A DNA stretch of 64,000 nt from an uncultured virus (IMG/VR IMGVR_UViG_3300033121_000902) (taxonomy: Duplodnaviria > Heunggongvirae > Uroviricota > Caudoviricetes). The notes beneath the pieces are model-generated. The model did not search any database. It was not told the DNA's origin and saw only the letters and a list, made by a program, of their open reading frames with translations. A program made the translations under genes and the position numbers. The stretch lies in the IMG/VR virus record IMGVR_UViG_3300033121_000902; one strand, 5' to 3'. Positions within the stretch are counted from its first letter, which is position 1; each line of letters opens with the position of its first letter. Of this stretch, positions 32,262-41,399 are shown in pieces.

Positions 32262-32528
32262 TTAGTTAGCGTGGCAGCTTAGGCTGATAGGTTCAAATGC
32301 GTACTTCTCGCCGAGTTGCCAAGAAAGAATTTCCAGCATATCATCAATCTCACCTTGATTGTGAAGCTGGATAACTTGGCGATGATGAGGATTCTTGAAT
32401 AGGGAAGCAACGTCAGTATGTTCCTCGTTAGTGTTTCCACCTACGAACATCGACATGTGAGTAGCCCGATGCGTAGCTTCAATGACGACGGGGAAGATGT
32501 AGCTACCGATTTCCTTTTGCATGACCAA
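32262..32528 (-). CDS. hypothetical early protein
   Basis: RBS GGAG, own promoter, ends at an extended repeat. Confidence 0.6.
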   Translation of the reverse strand: MVMQKEIGSYIFPVVIEATHRATHMSMFVGGNTNEEHTDVASLFKNPHHRQVIQLHNQGEIDDMLEILSWQLGEKYAFEPISLSCHAN

Positions 32529-32699
32529 TCTCCATACGTTGTTGTGTGTTATCTACTACTATTGTAGGCTAATCTCTCTCACATGTCAATCCCTTTTATG
32601 CAAGAATCTCGCAATTTCTTTTGGCATAGCGTTTGCCCGCTCGCTAGTGTACAGGTGTGTAGTAGCACACCCATACACGTAGCGTAGCCACACAACACA

Positions 32700-32915
32700 C
32701 TACACACTACCCCAACCCATAGGGATAACGCTCGGAGGACCAGCGATATACGCAGTATTGAATTGTCGATGCTCGTTATCACGATACGCATCGCGTCCAA
32801 TCAGCATCGTCTTACCATTCTTCGCTTTCGTCACCTTCTCAACAGCAACGCGGCGAACCTCACCCTTGTAGCCGAACTCGATAACCTGATTAATGAATTG
32901 CTCGTACATGTTCAT
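32700..32915 (-). CDS. stand-alone WYL-like small protein
   Basis: IEFGYKGEVRRV...LIGRD..RDNEHRQF....I. Confidence 0.55.
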   Translation of the reverse strand: MNMYEQFINQVIEFGYKGEVRRVAVEKVTKAKNGKTMLIGRDAYRDNEHRQFNTAYIAGPPSVIPMGWGSV

Positions 32916-33364
32916 TCTCCTTAGTGTTGTGTGTTGCTCTTGCTTACACTATCATTATAGCATGGAGTACCACGCATGTCAACTAGTCTAGTAGATTTTC
33001 TTCGAAAATCTTTTGGTATGGCGTTTGCCGCCCCGCTAGGCGTTAAAGTCAATGATTTTCTGAAGAATATCGCGAATTTCTCCTAGTTTTTTATTAGCTT
33101 CTTTTTCTCTCATCGAATCGCTTACAGCGACCACGCAACAGTACGATGTATCGTTTGCTACGCCATTATCATGATATACATTGATATTTTGGCAAGCTTC
33201 ACGCAGGGCACGAATTTCTTCTTTGTTCAACAACATAGCAAGCTCCTTTTGTTATACTCTCATTATAGACTTGTAGTCTAGTAGAGTCAAGAGGAAAATG
33301 CGAATTTTTATTGGCATGGCGTTTGCCCGCTCGCTATACAGTTGTACAGGAGCGGCGTAGCCGC

Positions 33365-33517
33365 TTAGTTAACACCCCAAACCGGACCCTGAATCTTCGA
33401 TTTCGTGAAGGATTTGTGTTGCCCGTTTTCGATGCACAACAGATACGAACCACGGTCCTGAACCAGTTCGACAATGCGGGTTTTGCCGTTGTAGGTGAAA
33501 GTGATGTTCTTGTTCAT
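33365..33517 (-). CDS. stand-alone WYL/Sm-like microprotein (start MNKNIT)
   Basis: ITFTYNGKTRIVE...YLLC...HKSFTKSKI, RBS AAGGAG. Confidence 0.5.
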   Translation of the reverse strand: MNKNITFTYNGKTRIVELVQDRGSYLLCIENGQHKSFTKSKIQGPVWGVN

Positions 33518-33641
33518 GTTCGACTCCTTAGTGTGTGTGATGTTCTGTACTCTTATATAATAGCATCTGGAATTCATAAGTCAAGGACTTTACCAAAAAA
33601 ATGTGAGATTTTTATTGGCACGGCGTTTGCCCGCCCGCTGT

Positions 33642-33716
33642 TCAAGCGTTCAGTAGTTCATTGTACTTATCAATAGCGATGTTGATTACGATGAAACCGA
33701 TGATGAAGTAAGCCAT
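33642..33716 (-). CDS. 24-aa hydrophobic micro-ORF
   Basis: GGAG RBS, MAYFIIGFIVINIAIDKYNELLNA, own promoter, ends beside the repeat. Confidence 0.45.
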   Translation of the reverse strand: MAYFIIGFIVINIAIDKYNELLNA

Positions 33717-33818
33717 ACGAACTCCGTTGTGATGTTGACATATACATTGTAGGTTAACTCGTTAGTGAAGTCAATAGAGAATATTTATTTTTTATTGGCA
33801 CGGCGTTTGCCCCGCCGC

Positions 33819-33989
33819 TTAGGTATTTACACATACGTCATAAGCTGTGTAGCCAGTGATGCTTAGCATCGGAACGAGGTATTGGAAGAAAGAGAAATCG
33901 AGTCCATGCACGCAGATGACGCAACCGCAAAGGAATACGACGAACAGGAAGAGGATGACCAGCCAAGCACGCATGAGGAAGAGAACCAT
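33819..33989 (-). CDS. 56-aa membrane microprotein
   Basis: AAGGAG RBS then MVLFLMRAWLVILFLFVVFLCGCV...; TAA abuts the repeat. Preferred over the ORF-track frame 33838..34050. Confidence 0.6.
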   Translation of the reverse strand: MVLFLMRAWLVILFLFVVFLCGCVICVHGLDFSFFQYLVPMLSITGYTAYDVCVNT

Positions 33990-35263
33990 TAGCTAACTCC
34001 TTTGTGATGTTGTATATATACAGTATAGAGTGCAAGCTAGCTAATGTCAAGCTGAATTGGTAAAAAAAGAAAAGAATTTTTTGGCACAGCGTTTGCCCAC
34101 ACGCTAATATAGACAGGGGTGGGGTTTTTTTGTTTGCTTGGTGAATGTGCGGCGGCAGTCTAGAAAATGCAGGGGGTTCAAAAACAACAAGCGGCGATTA
34201 CGCCGTAGTATCACTCAATGCAATAAGGTAAAAACAACAAGGAGGCTTTGCCTCCAAGTATTACCTAATCTACTCCGGGAAAGTAAATGGCGAAGCCTTA
34301 GTTGTTTAATCTCCCAAGCAGTTCTGCTAGAGACGTAGTATACAAATAGACATAACTCATTCTAGTTTTCATCGCTACAATAACACACGGTTTATTATCT
34401 TTTATGCCGTTCATGGCATAACTTACATACTTTCTATTAATCATAACGTCTTCGACTTTAATATATAAAGGCTTCGCCATTTTAATAACTCCTGAAAAGA
34501 ATTCTTTTATATTCAATTTCTACTTTGTTACATACAGGAAATTTAACTAAATCTTTCGGTAATTCATCGTGACATACCGCTCCCCATGCCACTTTACCAT
34601 CTTTATAAAACACATTTCCAGTTATTCTAATTTTACTCATATTTAAAACTCCTAAAAAATTTCTTCGTCATGACGATTATCAAAAAATCCCGGTCCAGTT
34701 TTCCACGCTAATCTACACAAATAAAACCACACTAACAAGTACACCCACCAATATTGTTCAAAAATCCGCAACAATACACAAGATAACATTTCAACCTCTT
34801 GATAAAAAAAATTTTTTGGAGTATTATTATAGTGTATCGTCCCAAAACGGATGGTCAAGCGGAGAAGTAAAATCATCGGAAAGGTCTTGAGCAAATTCAC
34901 TCACAGCTTTATTGTGTTCCTTAAAATCTTTCTTTTTTCTAGAAGGCTTTTTTTTCTTTTTCATTTTCCCGAAGATTTCCTTTCTCAATTCATAAATTGT
35001 CAACTGATTATTGGGTAGGCGAAGGGAGTTTAGCCCTTCAAGAATTTTGAGCAGAGAAGTGCCCCTTCCTTGCTCATCTATTATAAATTTTTTTTCTTTG
35101 AGAGAAATTATCATGGCTGATTGTAATAAGAAAAATGAAACTGACACTCTGTACAAATTATACACGACAGAAGGTGAGCAGTCAAGAGCAAGAACCGAAA
35201 AAGATTTAAAAAAAGAAGACGTATCAAAAGAAGAAGGTTTAAAACTAATTAGGGAAGCGTTAA

Positions 35264-35884
35264 ATGAACATACCTGTGGGAAAAACGGAAGCGGAAGTTG
35301 TAGAGACAATACAGAGAATAACGAAGAAGATAGCAAAGAAATTTAAGTTTGGATATCATACAAACGCGGATATGGAACAACAAGCTTTTATATACGGAAT
35401 GAAAGCTCTTGATAAATATGACACATCTAGACCTTTGCCTAATTTCTTATATCGTCACATTCTTAATAGATTGATTAACTTTAAAAGAGATAACTTTAAA
35501 AGAACAGATTGTCCATGTATATTATGCCATAATAAAGAGAGTGGTTCTACTGGACATGAAGATAAACAGTATTGCAAAAGTTTTATTAAGTGGCGAGACA
35601 GAAACTATAATAAGATGAGCGTTATTGTTCCTTTTAATATAACTAATATAAATGATGAAAAAGAGAAAAGAACTAGAATCAATTCGTCTGCTCTTATTGA
35701 TATTCAAATTGAAGAACTATTAGAGAAGATAGACCGCGATTTACCAGTCGAGCTACGTTCCTTTTATCTACAGATGAGACAAAAGATAAGCGGAATTCCT
35801 AAAGCTAGACGAGACGAAGTAATAGAAGAATTAAAAAAAATACTAGGCGAGGATTTATGTCAGAAAGTAAAAGAGGAAGATTAA
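35264..35884 (+). CDS. phage sigma-factor-like protein (region 2-like) with Cys-rich insert
   Basis: DMEQQAFIYGMKALDKYDTSRPLPNFLYRHILNRLINFKR resembles sigma70 region 2; CPCILC insert; first clear gene of the plus-strand arm. Confidence 0.7.
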   Translation: MNIPVGKTEAEVVETIQRITKKIAKKFKFGYHTNADMEQQAFIYGMKALDKYDTSRPLPNFLYRHILNRLINFKRDNFKRTDCPCILCHNKESGSTGHEDKQYCKSFIKWRDRNYNKMSVIVPFNITNINDEKEKRTRINSSALIDIQIEELLEKIDRDLPVELRSFYLQMRQKISGIPKARRDEVIEELKKILGEDLCQKVKEED

Positions 35885-36687
35885 GTCATGACGAAATGAC
35901 TTTTATCAAAAACAATATAAAAGAGCTAGGTGCTGAGCAAACAGCGAAACATATCAATAGAACTGTAGAGTGTGTTTGTGAATATGCTATGAAAAAAGGT
36001 ATAGCATATGATAATTATGTGCCCGAACTTACAATTGTACAGAATCAAATCTCTGAAGAGTTCAAGAATACTCCTGAATGGGAGATATTGAAGCAAGAAT
36101 TTATTGAGGCGGAACTACAATACTTCGCACACAGATACTCTAAGCTAATGTCTCAATTTAAACAAGACGTTTTGCCTACCGAAGAGACACAAATTTTTCA
36201 ATTAATTAAGTTTGAAATTCTCATGAACCGCAACTTGAAGAGTTCAAAGCGGCAGCTACGCGATATTCATAGACTAGAAAAAGAATTAACTTCATTATAT
36301 ACGAAGTATGCGGATACGGATATGCCGGATAATGAGAAATCTTTTGCTCAATCATTAGAAAATCAGTTGATTTCTGAAAGAGCCGGTATCCAAGCACGCT
36401 CTACTGAGTTTATTAAGTTGCAAGAAAAGCATTCTTCACTTATGAAAGAGCTTAAAGGCACACGCGACCAGAGAATTAAGAACATTGAGAACTCTAAACA
36501 GGACTTTTTATCATTACTAAAAATGTTACAAGAGGCTGATTTTAGAGAAACTGAAGGAAAACAGATGGAATTAGTAAAATTGGCAGCTACAAAAGAAGTT
36601 AAAAAACTTGGTGAATATCATACTTATGCGGACGGAACATTGGATAGACCTATTTTATCGGCAGATACAATAAACGAAGGGGATTAA
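35857..36687 (+). CDS. helical phage protein, possible terminase small subunit
   Basis: N-terminal HTH-like segment and coiled coil; position upstream of packaging genes. Confidence 0.4.
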   Translation: MSESKRGRLSHDEMTFIKNNIKELGAEQTAKHINRTVECVCEYAMKKGIAYDNYVPELTIVQNQISEEFKNTPEWEILKQEFIEAELQYFAHRYSKLMSQFKQDVLPTEETQIFQLIKFEILMNRNLKSSKRQLRDIHRLEKELTSLYTKYADTDMPDNEKSFAQSLENQLISERAGIQARSTEFIKLQEKHSSLMKELKGTRDQRIKNIENSKQDFLSLLKMLQEADFRETEGKQMELVKLAATKEVKKLGEYHTYADGTLDRPILSADTINEGD

Positions 36688-36690
36688 TTT

Positions 36691-37707
36691 ATGAATACAG
36701 CACTTATTTTCGGTATTACTGGACAAGACGGTTCATACTTAGCCGACTTGTTATTAGAAAAAGGTTATAAAGTATATGGTGTAAGTCGTCGAGTCAGTGT
36801 ACCTACTGACTTAAGAATTAAACATCTAGAAAAAAATACTTTTTTTGATATTATCCAGGGAGATATCACAGACCAGTCTAGTGTAGCAAGAATAATTAAA
36901 TTAACAGAACCTCAAGAAATATATAATTTAGCAGCACAATCACACGTTGGTATATCATTTAATGAACCTTGTCACACATGGGACGTAACAGGGAAGGGGT
37001 GTCTGAATATTTTGGAGGGAATAAGAAATTCGTCGAATCCCTTTCTTGCTAAGTTTTACCAAGCAAGTTCTTCAGAAATGTTTGGCTCATCTTTTACCGA
37101 CACGAACGGTAGAAGATTTCAATTCGAAAATACTTTATTCATGCCTCAAAGTCCATATGCTGTAGCAAAATTAGCAGCACATCATTTAACAAGACTTTAT
37201 CGTTATAGCTACAAACTTTTTGCTTGTTCTGGAATTCTCTTTAATCACGAATCTCCTAGACGCGGCGAAAATTTCGTTACACGAAAAATAACCAAATACA
37301 TCGGTTCTTTAATAGCTCATGGTGACAAAATTGGAAAATTAAAACTTGGTAATATTAATTCGTATCGAGATTGGGGACATGCTAAAGATTATGTATATGC
37401 AATGTGGTTAATGCTTCAGCATGATAAACCAGACGATTATGTTGTATCAACAGGCGAGACTCATTCAGTTAAAGACTTCTTGGAGAAAGCGTTTAATTGT
37501 GTAAAATTATCATGGACAGATTTCGTTGAAATTGATGAAAATCTCTATAGACCAGCAGAAGTAGATTATTTACGCGGTGATTCTTCCAAAGCAAGAAATA
37601 TTCTTAATTGGTCACCAAAATATTCTTTTGACGATTTAGTAAAAGAAATGGTGATGAATGATGTTGAGCAAGAAAGGTTGTCAAATGGAGGAAAGAGATT
37701 GGAATAG
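36691..37707 (+). CDS. gmd: GDP-mannose 4,6-dehydratase
   Basis: GITGQDGSYLA, NLAAQSHV, YQASSSEMFG, SPYAVAK, ILFNHESPRRGENFVTRKI, RDWGHAKDYV. Confidence 0.97.
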   Translation: MNTALIFGITGQDGSYLADLLLEKGYKVYGVSRRVSVPTDLRIKHLEKNTFFDIIQGDITDQSSVARIIKLTEPQEIYNLAAQSHVGISFNEPCHTWDVTGKGCLNILEGIRNSSNPFLAKFYQASSSEMFGSSFTDTNGRRFQFENTLFMPQSPYAVAKLAAHHLTRLYRYSYKLFACSGILFNHESPRRGENFVTRKITKYIGSLIAHGDKIGKLKLGNINSYRDWGHAKDYVYAMWLMLQHDKPDDYVVSTGETHSVKDFLEKAFNCVKLSWTDFVEIDENLYRPAEVDYLRGDSSKARNILNWSPKYSFDDLVKEMVMNDVEQERLSNGGKRLE

Positions 37708-37987
37708 CAAAGAATACAAACAATGGCGTTTAGCTATTTATAAGAGAGATAATTTCTGTTGCAAGATGCCTGGATGCAAAAAAAGAGGAATGAAATGCAT
37801 TCAGGCTCATCATATTAGACGATGGGCTAATTTTCCAGAACTAAGATTTGAATTAAGTAATGGTATAACTCTTTGCAAATATCATCATAGACTTGTTTCT
37901 GGAAACGAAGAAAGTTATGAACAGGTTTTTAATAACTTACTAACAGATTTTAATCTTAGAATAAAGAGAATCAAGTATGGCAAGTAA
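37658..37987 (+). CDS. HNH endonuclease
   Basis: WRLAIYKRDNFCC...C...AHHI..W..FPELRF..SNGITLC..HH. Confidence 0.88.
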   Translation: MMLSKKGCQMEERDWNSKEYKQWRLAIYKRDNFCCKMPGCKKRGMKCIQAHHIRRWANFPELRFELSNGITLCKYHHRLVSGNEESYEQVFNNLLTDFNLRIKRIKYGK

Positions 37988-40880
37988 GGTAATAAAAGAT
38001 TTAACTAGTGGCGTGCCTCATGCTACTGGAGCTTGGTTTGTGTTTCATAATCAATCTGATGTAGCAGCAAGAAAAATTACTGCACCAGATTTGATTTCGT
38101 TTTTAAATGCTGGTTTTACAATAACAGTTTCCGGGGAAAATTATTTAAGCGTTTCTGGTAGCGAAATAACAGTTGAGCCTGTTGACCTTTCTAATTCTAA
38201 TGTAACTGGTATACTAGCAGCTTCTCATTTTCCATCTTTAACTGGAGATGTTACTACATCTTCGGGTAGCGTTGCTACAACAATTGCTAACGATGCTGTC
38301 ACTTTAGCTAAGATTCAAAATATAGCTACTGCTTCATTTTTAGGACGTAATACTGCTGGCACTGGCGACCCAGAAGTATTAAGTATATCTACCGTACAGA
38401 GTATGTTAAGTCTATCTGGTACTAACACTGGTGACCAGATAATCACACTAACAGGCGATGTAACAGGAAGCGGTAGTGGTTCTTTTGCAACAACTATAGC
38501 TAATAATGTAGTTACGTTTGCTAAAATGCAGGATATCTCAACTGCTACATTTGTTGGCAGAAATACTGCAAGTACAGGCGACCCTGAAGAGTTAAGTATA
38601 GCTACTGCTAAAACTATGTTAGGGTTGTCAGGTACAAACAATGGCGACCAATTTATAACTTTAACTGGTGATGTAACTGGTTCAGGTTCGGGTTCTTTTT
38701 CTACTACGGTTGCTAATGATGCTATTACTTTTGCTAAAATGCAAAATATAGCTGCAACTGGAGTTATCGGTAGAAAGACTGCTGGTACAGGCGACCCTGA
38801 ATTATTATCTATTGCAGATTTACAAACTATATTAAGTTTAAGCGGAAGTAATACAGGCGACCAGATAATCACATTAACAGGAGATGTTACTGGTAGTGGT
38901 AGTGGTTCGTTTGCTACTACAATAGCAAATAATGCTGTAACATTAGCTAAATTTCAAGATATTGCAACAGCTTCATTTTTAGGTAGAAATACTGCTGGCA
39001 CTGGCGACCCAGAAGTTCTTAGTATTACTACATCTAAAACAATGTTAGGTTTATCCGGTACTAACAACGGTGACCAAACTATTACTTTAACTGGAGATGT
39101 TACAGGAAGTGGTACGGGTTCATTCGCAACTACAATAGCTAATGACGCTGTAACTTTTGCAAAGATGCAGAACATAGCGGCTACAGGAGTTATTGGTAGA
39201 AAAACTGCTGGTACTGGCGACCCAGAGTTGTTAACTGTTTCTGATTTACAGTCAATTTTAAGTCTTTCTGGTACAAACAATGGCGACCAAACTATAGTTC
39301 TTACTGGTGATGTTACTGGTTCTGGTAGTGGGTCATTTGCAACTACAATTGCTAACGATGCTGTTACTTTAGCTAAGATTCAAAATATAGCTACTGCTTC
39401 ATTCATAGGAAGAAATACAGCAGGAACGGGTGACCCTGAAGTATTGGATATTGCTACAGCACAGAGTATGTTAGGGGTTTCTGGTAGTAATACTGGTGAC
39501 CAGACAATAGTTTTAACTGGAGATGTTACAGGTAGCGGTACAGGTTCTTTTGCTGCGACAATTGCTAATGATGCTGTTACGTTTGCTAAAATGCAGAATA
39601 TAACTGCTACAGGTTTTATTGGTAGAAATACAGCAGGTACAGGAGACCCTGAATTACTTTCAATAGCTACAACAAAATCTATTTTAGGATTGTCAGGCAC
39701 AAATAATGGAGACCAGACAATCACATTAACTGGAGATGTGAGTGGAACTGGTAGCGGTTCTTTTGCTGCAACTATAGCTAATGACGCTGTAACTTTTGCA
39801 AAAATGCAAAATATTTCTACATCTACATTTATTGGTAGAAGTACAGCAAGTACGGGCGACCCTGAAGAACTAAGCGTAACTACAGCTAAATCATTATTGA
39901 ATTTATCAGGAACAAATACAGGCGACCAAACTTTAAATAGTTTATTACCTAGCCAAACTGGTAATTCTGGAAATTTCTTAAAAACCGATGGAACTAATAC
40001 GAGTTGGGCGGCTACTGGTGGAACTTCTACAGCACCATATACTGTTTGTGATGGTAGATTAACTTTAGCTTCTGGTACAGGAGTACCAACTTCAGATGTT
40101 AGTGGTAGCACTATATATTTTACTCCATATAATGGAAATTATATTGGTTTATACAGCGGTTCTTCATGGTCTGTATTAACATTTAGTCAAACAGGAATTA
40201 CTTTAACCGGTTTATCAACGAGCGGTGTTTATGATGTGTTTGGTTATAATAACGCAGGTTCTTTATCTTTAGAATTATCAAGCGGTTGGACTTTAGGAAG
40301 CGGAACTGGTCAATCAAGAGCCGAACCTTTAACATTACAAGATGCAATTTTAGTTAAAAGTGGTTCTCCTTCTCGTAGATATTTAGGAACATTTTTAGCT
40401 TTAAATTCTACAACTACTATTGATTCTGCAAGACAAAGATTATTATGGAATAATTATAATCGTGTGCATAGAACGATGAATGTTATAGAAACAACAGATA
40501 GTTGGACATATAGCACAAACTCTTATCGTAGAGCAAACGCTAGTGCTAATAATCAATTAGAAGTTATTTGCGGAGTTGTTGTTGGCACAATGAGCGTATC
40601 GGTATTTGGACAATCTTTATGTACAGGTAATAACTATAGGTCTTTAGGTATAGGCGTTGACAGTATAACTACGTCTGCTACTAACGCTATTAGAGGTAAA
40701 GATTATGGAGTTAGTGCTTCCAGCATTCCAACTACTCATACAGCATTTTTAACGGAACAAACAGCTTTGGGTTATCATATATATGTATGGTTGGAATTAG
40801 GAAATACTACCACTACTTGGTATGGCGATAACGGTGTAGTTTTTGACCAAAGCGGTATGACAGGAGTATGGGAATGTTAA
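37977..40880 (+). CDS. repeat-rich virion fibre protein
   Basis: 967 aa, T/G/S-rich, eight ~71-aa repeats and a C-terminal beta-rich domain. Confidence 0.75.
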   Translation: MASKVIKDLTSGVPHATGAWFVFHNQSDVAARKITAPDLISFLNAGFTITVSGENYLSVSGSEITVEPVDLSNSNVTGILAASHFPSLTGDVTTSSGSVATTIANDAVTLAKIQNIATASFLGRNTAGTGDPEVLSISTVQSMLSLSGTNTGDQIITLTGDVTGSGSGSFATTIANNVVTFAKMQDISTATFVGRNTASTGDPEELSIATAKTMLGLSGTNNGDQFITLTGDVTGSGSGSFSTTVANDAITFAKMQNIAATGVIGRKTAGTGDPELLSIADLQTILSLSGSNTGDQIITLTGDVTGSGSGSFATTIANNAVTLAKFQDIATASFLGRNTAGTGDPEVLSITTSKTMLGLSGTNNGDQTITLTGDVTGSGTGSFATTIANDAVTFAKMQNIAATGVIGRKTAGTGDPELLTVSDLQSILSLSGTNNGDQTIVLTGDVTGSGSGSFATTIANDAVTLAKIQNIATASFIGRNTAGTGDPEVLDIATAQSMLGVSGSNTGDQTIVLTGDVTGSGTGSFAATIANDAVTFAKMQNITATGFIGRNTAGTGDPELLSIATTKSILGLSGTNNGDQTITLTGDVSGTGSGSFAATIANDAVTFAKMQNISTSTFIGRSTASTGDPEELSVTTAKSLLNLSGTNTGDQTLNSLLPSQTGNSGNFLKTDGTNTSWAATGGTSTAPYTVCDGRLTLASGTGVPTSDVSGSTIYFTPYNGNYIGLYSGSSWSVLTFSQTGITLTGLSTSGVYDVFGYNNAGSLSLELSSGWTLGSGTGQSRAEPLTLQDAILVKSGSPSRRYLGTFLALNSTTTIDSARQRLLWNNYNRVHRTMNVIETTDSWTYSTNSYRRANASANNQLEVICGVVVGTMSVSVFGQSLCTGNNYRSLGIGVDSITTSATNAIRGKDYGVSASSIPTTHTAFLTEQTALGYHIYVWLELGNTTTTWYGDNGVVFDQSGMTGVWEC
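38238..39930 (+). repeat. 8 tandem ~213-nt (71-aa) coding repeats
   Basis: LTGDV units start at 38238, 38448, 38661, 38874, 39087, 39300, 39513, 39726. Confidence 0.95.
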
Positions 40881-41395
40881 GTTTATATTTATATAGCGAA
40901 ATAAGCAAATTGTGTCCTATAGATGGAATCTCTATAGGTAGAAAAAATGATAAAAATACATGGAGAATAGATTTTTCTTCTACAGCTACTTCTGAACAAA
41001 TTTTAGCAGCAAATAATTTCGTAAACAATTTTAATGTTTCTGACTATTTGTTGCTGCAAGCTAAAAAAGATAAAAATTTAAAAATAGACGAAAAAACTCA
41101 AGAAATTATATCTTTAGGTTTTCCTTACGATTCAAAAATATTTAGTTTAAGTTCAAACGCCCAAATGAACTGGACGAACATGTATATTAATAAATCTGTT
41201 TTGGCTAAACCTTTAATTATAACAACAAACGATGATGAAGCTTATCAATTAGATACAGAATTAGATATACAAAATTTTTATATGACAGGATTAATATATG
41301 TTCAAACAATAATAAATTCTGGCCGAACTTTAAAAATTAACGTTAATAATTGTTCTACTTTAGAAGAAATAGAAAATATTATAGACGAAAGGTAA
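40868..41395 (+). CDS. fibre-associated protein, DUF4376-like
   Basis: K..KI.....II..GF.Y....F......Q.N pattern, directly after the fibre gene. Confidence 0.55.
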   Translation: MGMLSLYLYSEISKLCPIDGISIGRKNDKNTWRIDFSSTATSEQILAANNFVNNFNVSDYLLLQAKKDKNLKIDEKTQEIISLGFPYDSKIFSLSSNAQMNWTNMYINKSVLAKPLIITTNDDEAYQLDTELDIQNFYMTGLIYVQTIINSGRTLKINVNNCSTLEEIENIIDER

Positions 41396-41399
41396 TATA

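Larger units (their letters stand above)
32205..34096 (+). promoter_or_regulatory. seven sigma54-like -24/-12 sites (GG-N10-GC)
   Basis: TTGGTAAGGCGTTTGC 32205, TTGGCATAGCGTTTGC 32621, TTGGTATGGCGTTTGC 33013, TTGGCATGGCGTTTGC 33311, TTGGCACGGCGTTTGC 33615 and 33795, TTGGCACAGCGTTTGC 34081. Confidence 0.6.
22801..34106. repeat. dispersed GC-rich inter-cassette repeat, ~20 copies, plus-strand consensus TTGGCA(C/T)GGCGTTTGCCCGC(C/T)CGCTA
   Basis: Copies near 22801, 23662, 24897, 25603, 25930, 27838, 28606, 28950, 29742, 30198, 30961, 31207, 31568, 31867, 32205, 32621, 33013, 33311, 33615, 33795, 34081. Confidence 0.85.

Noticed and set aside
22801..34106. CRISPR array
   Set aside because: Repeats are degenerate and separated by gene-containing stretches of about 0.2-2 kb; no cas genes.
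38315..40111. Minus-strand ORFs over the fibre gene, and similar ones at 48950, 50554 and 58155-63785
   Set aside because: Antisense shadows of plus-strand structural genes, without RBS or independent motifs.
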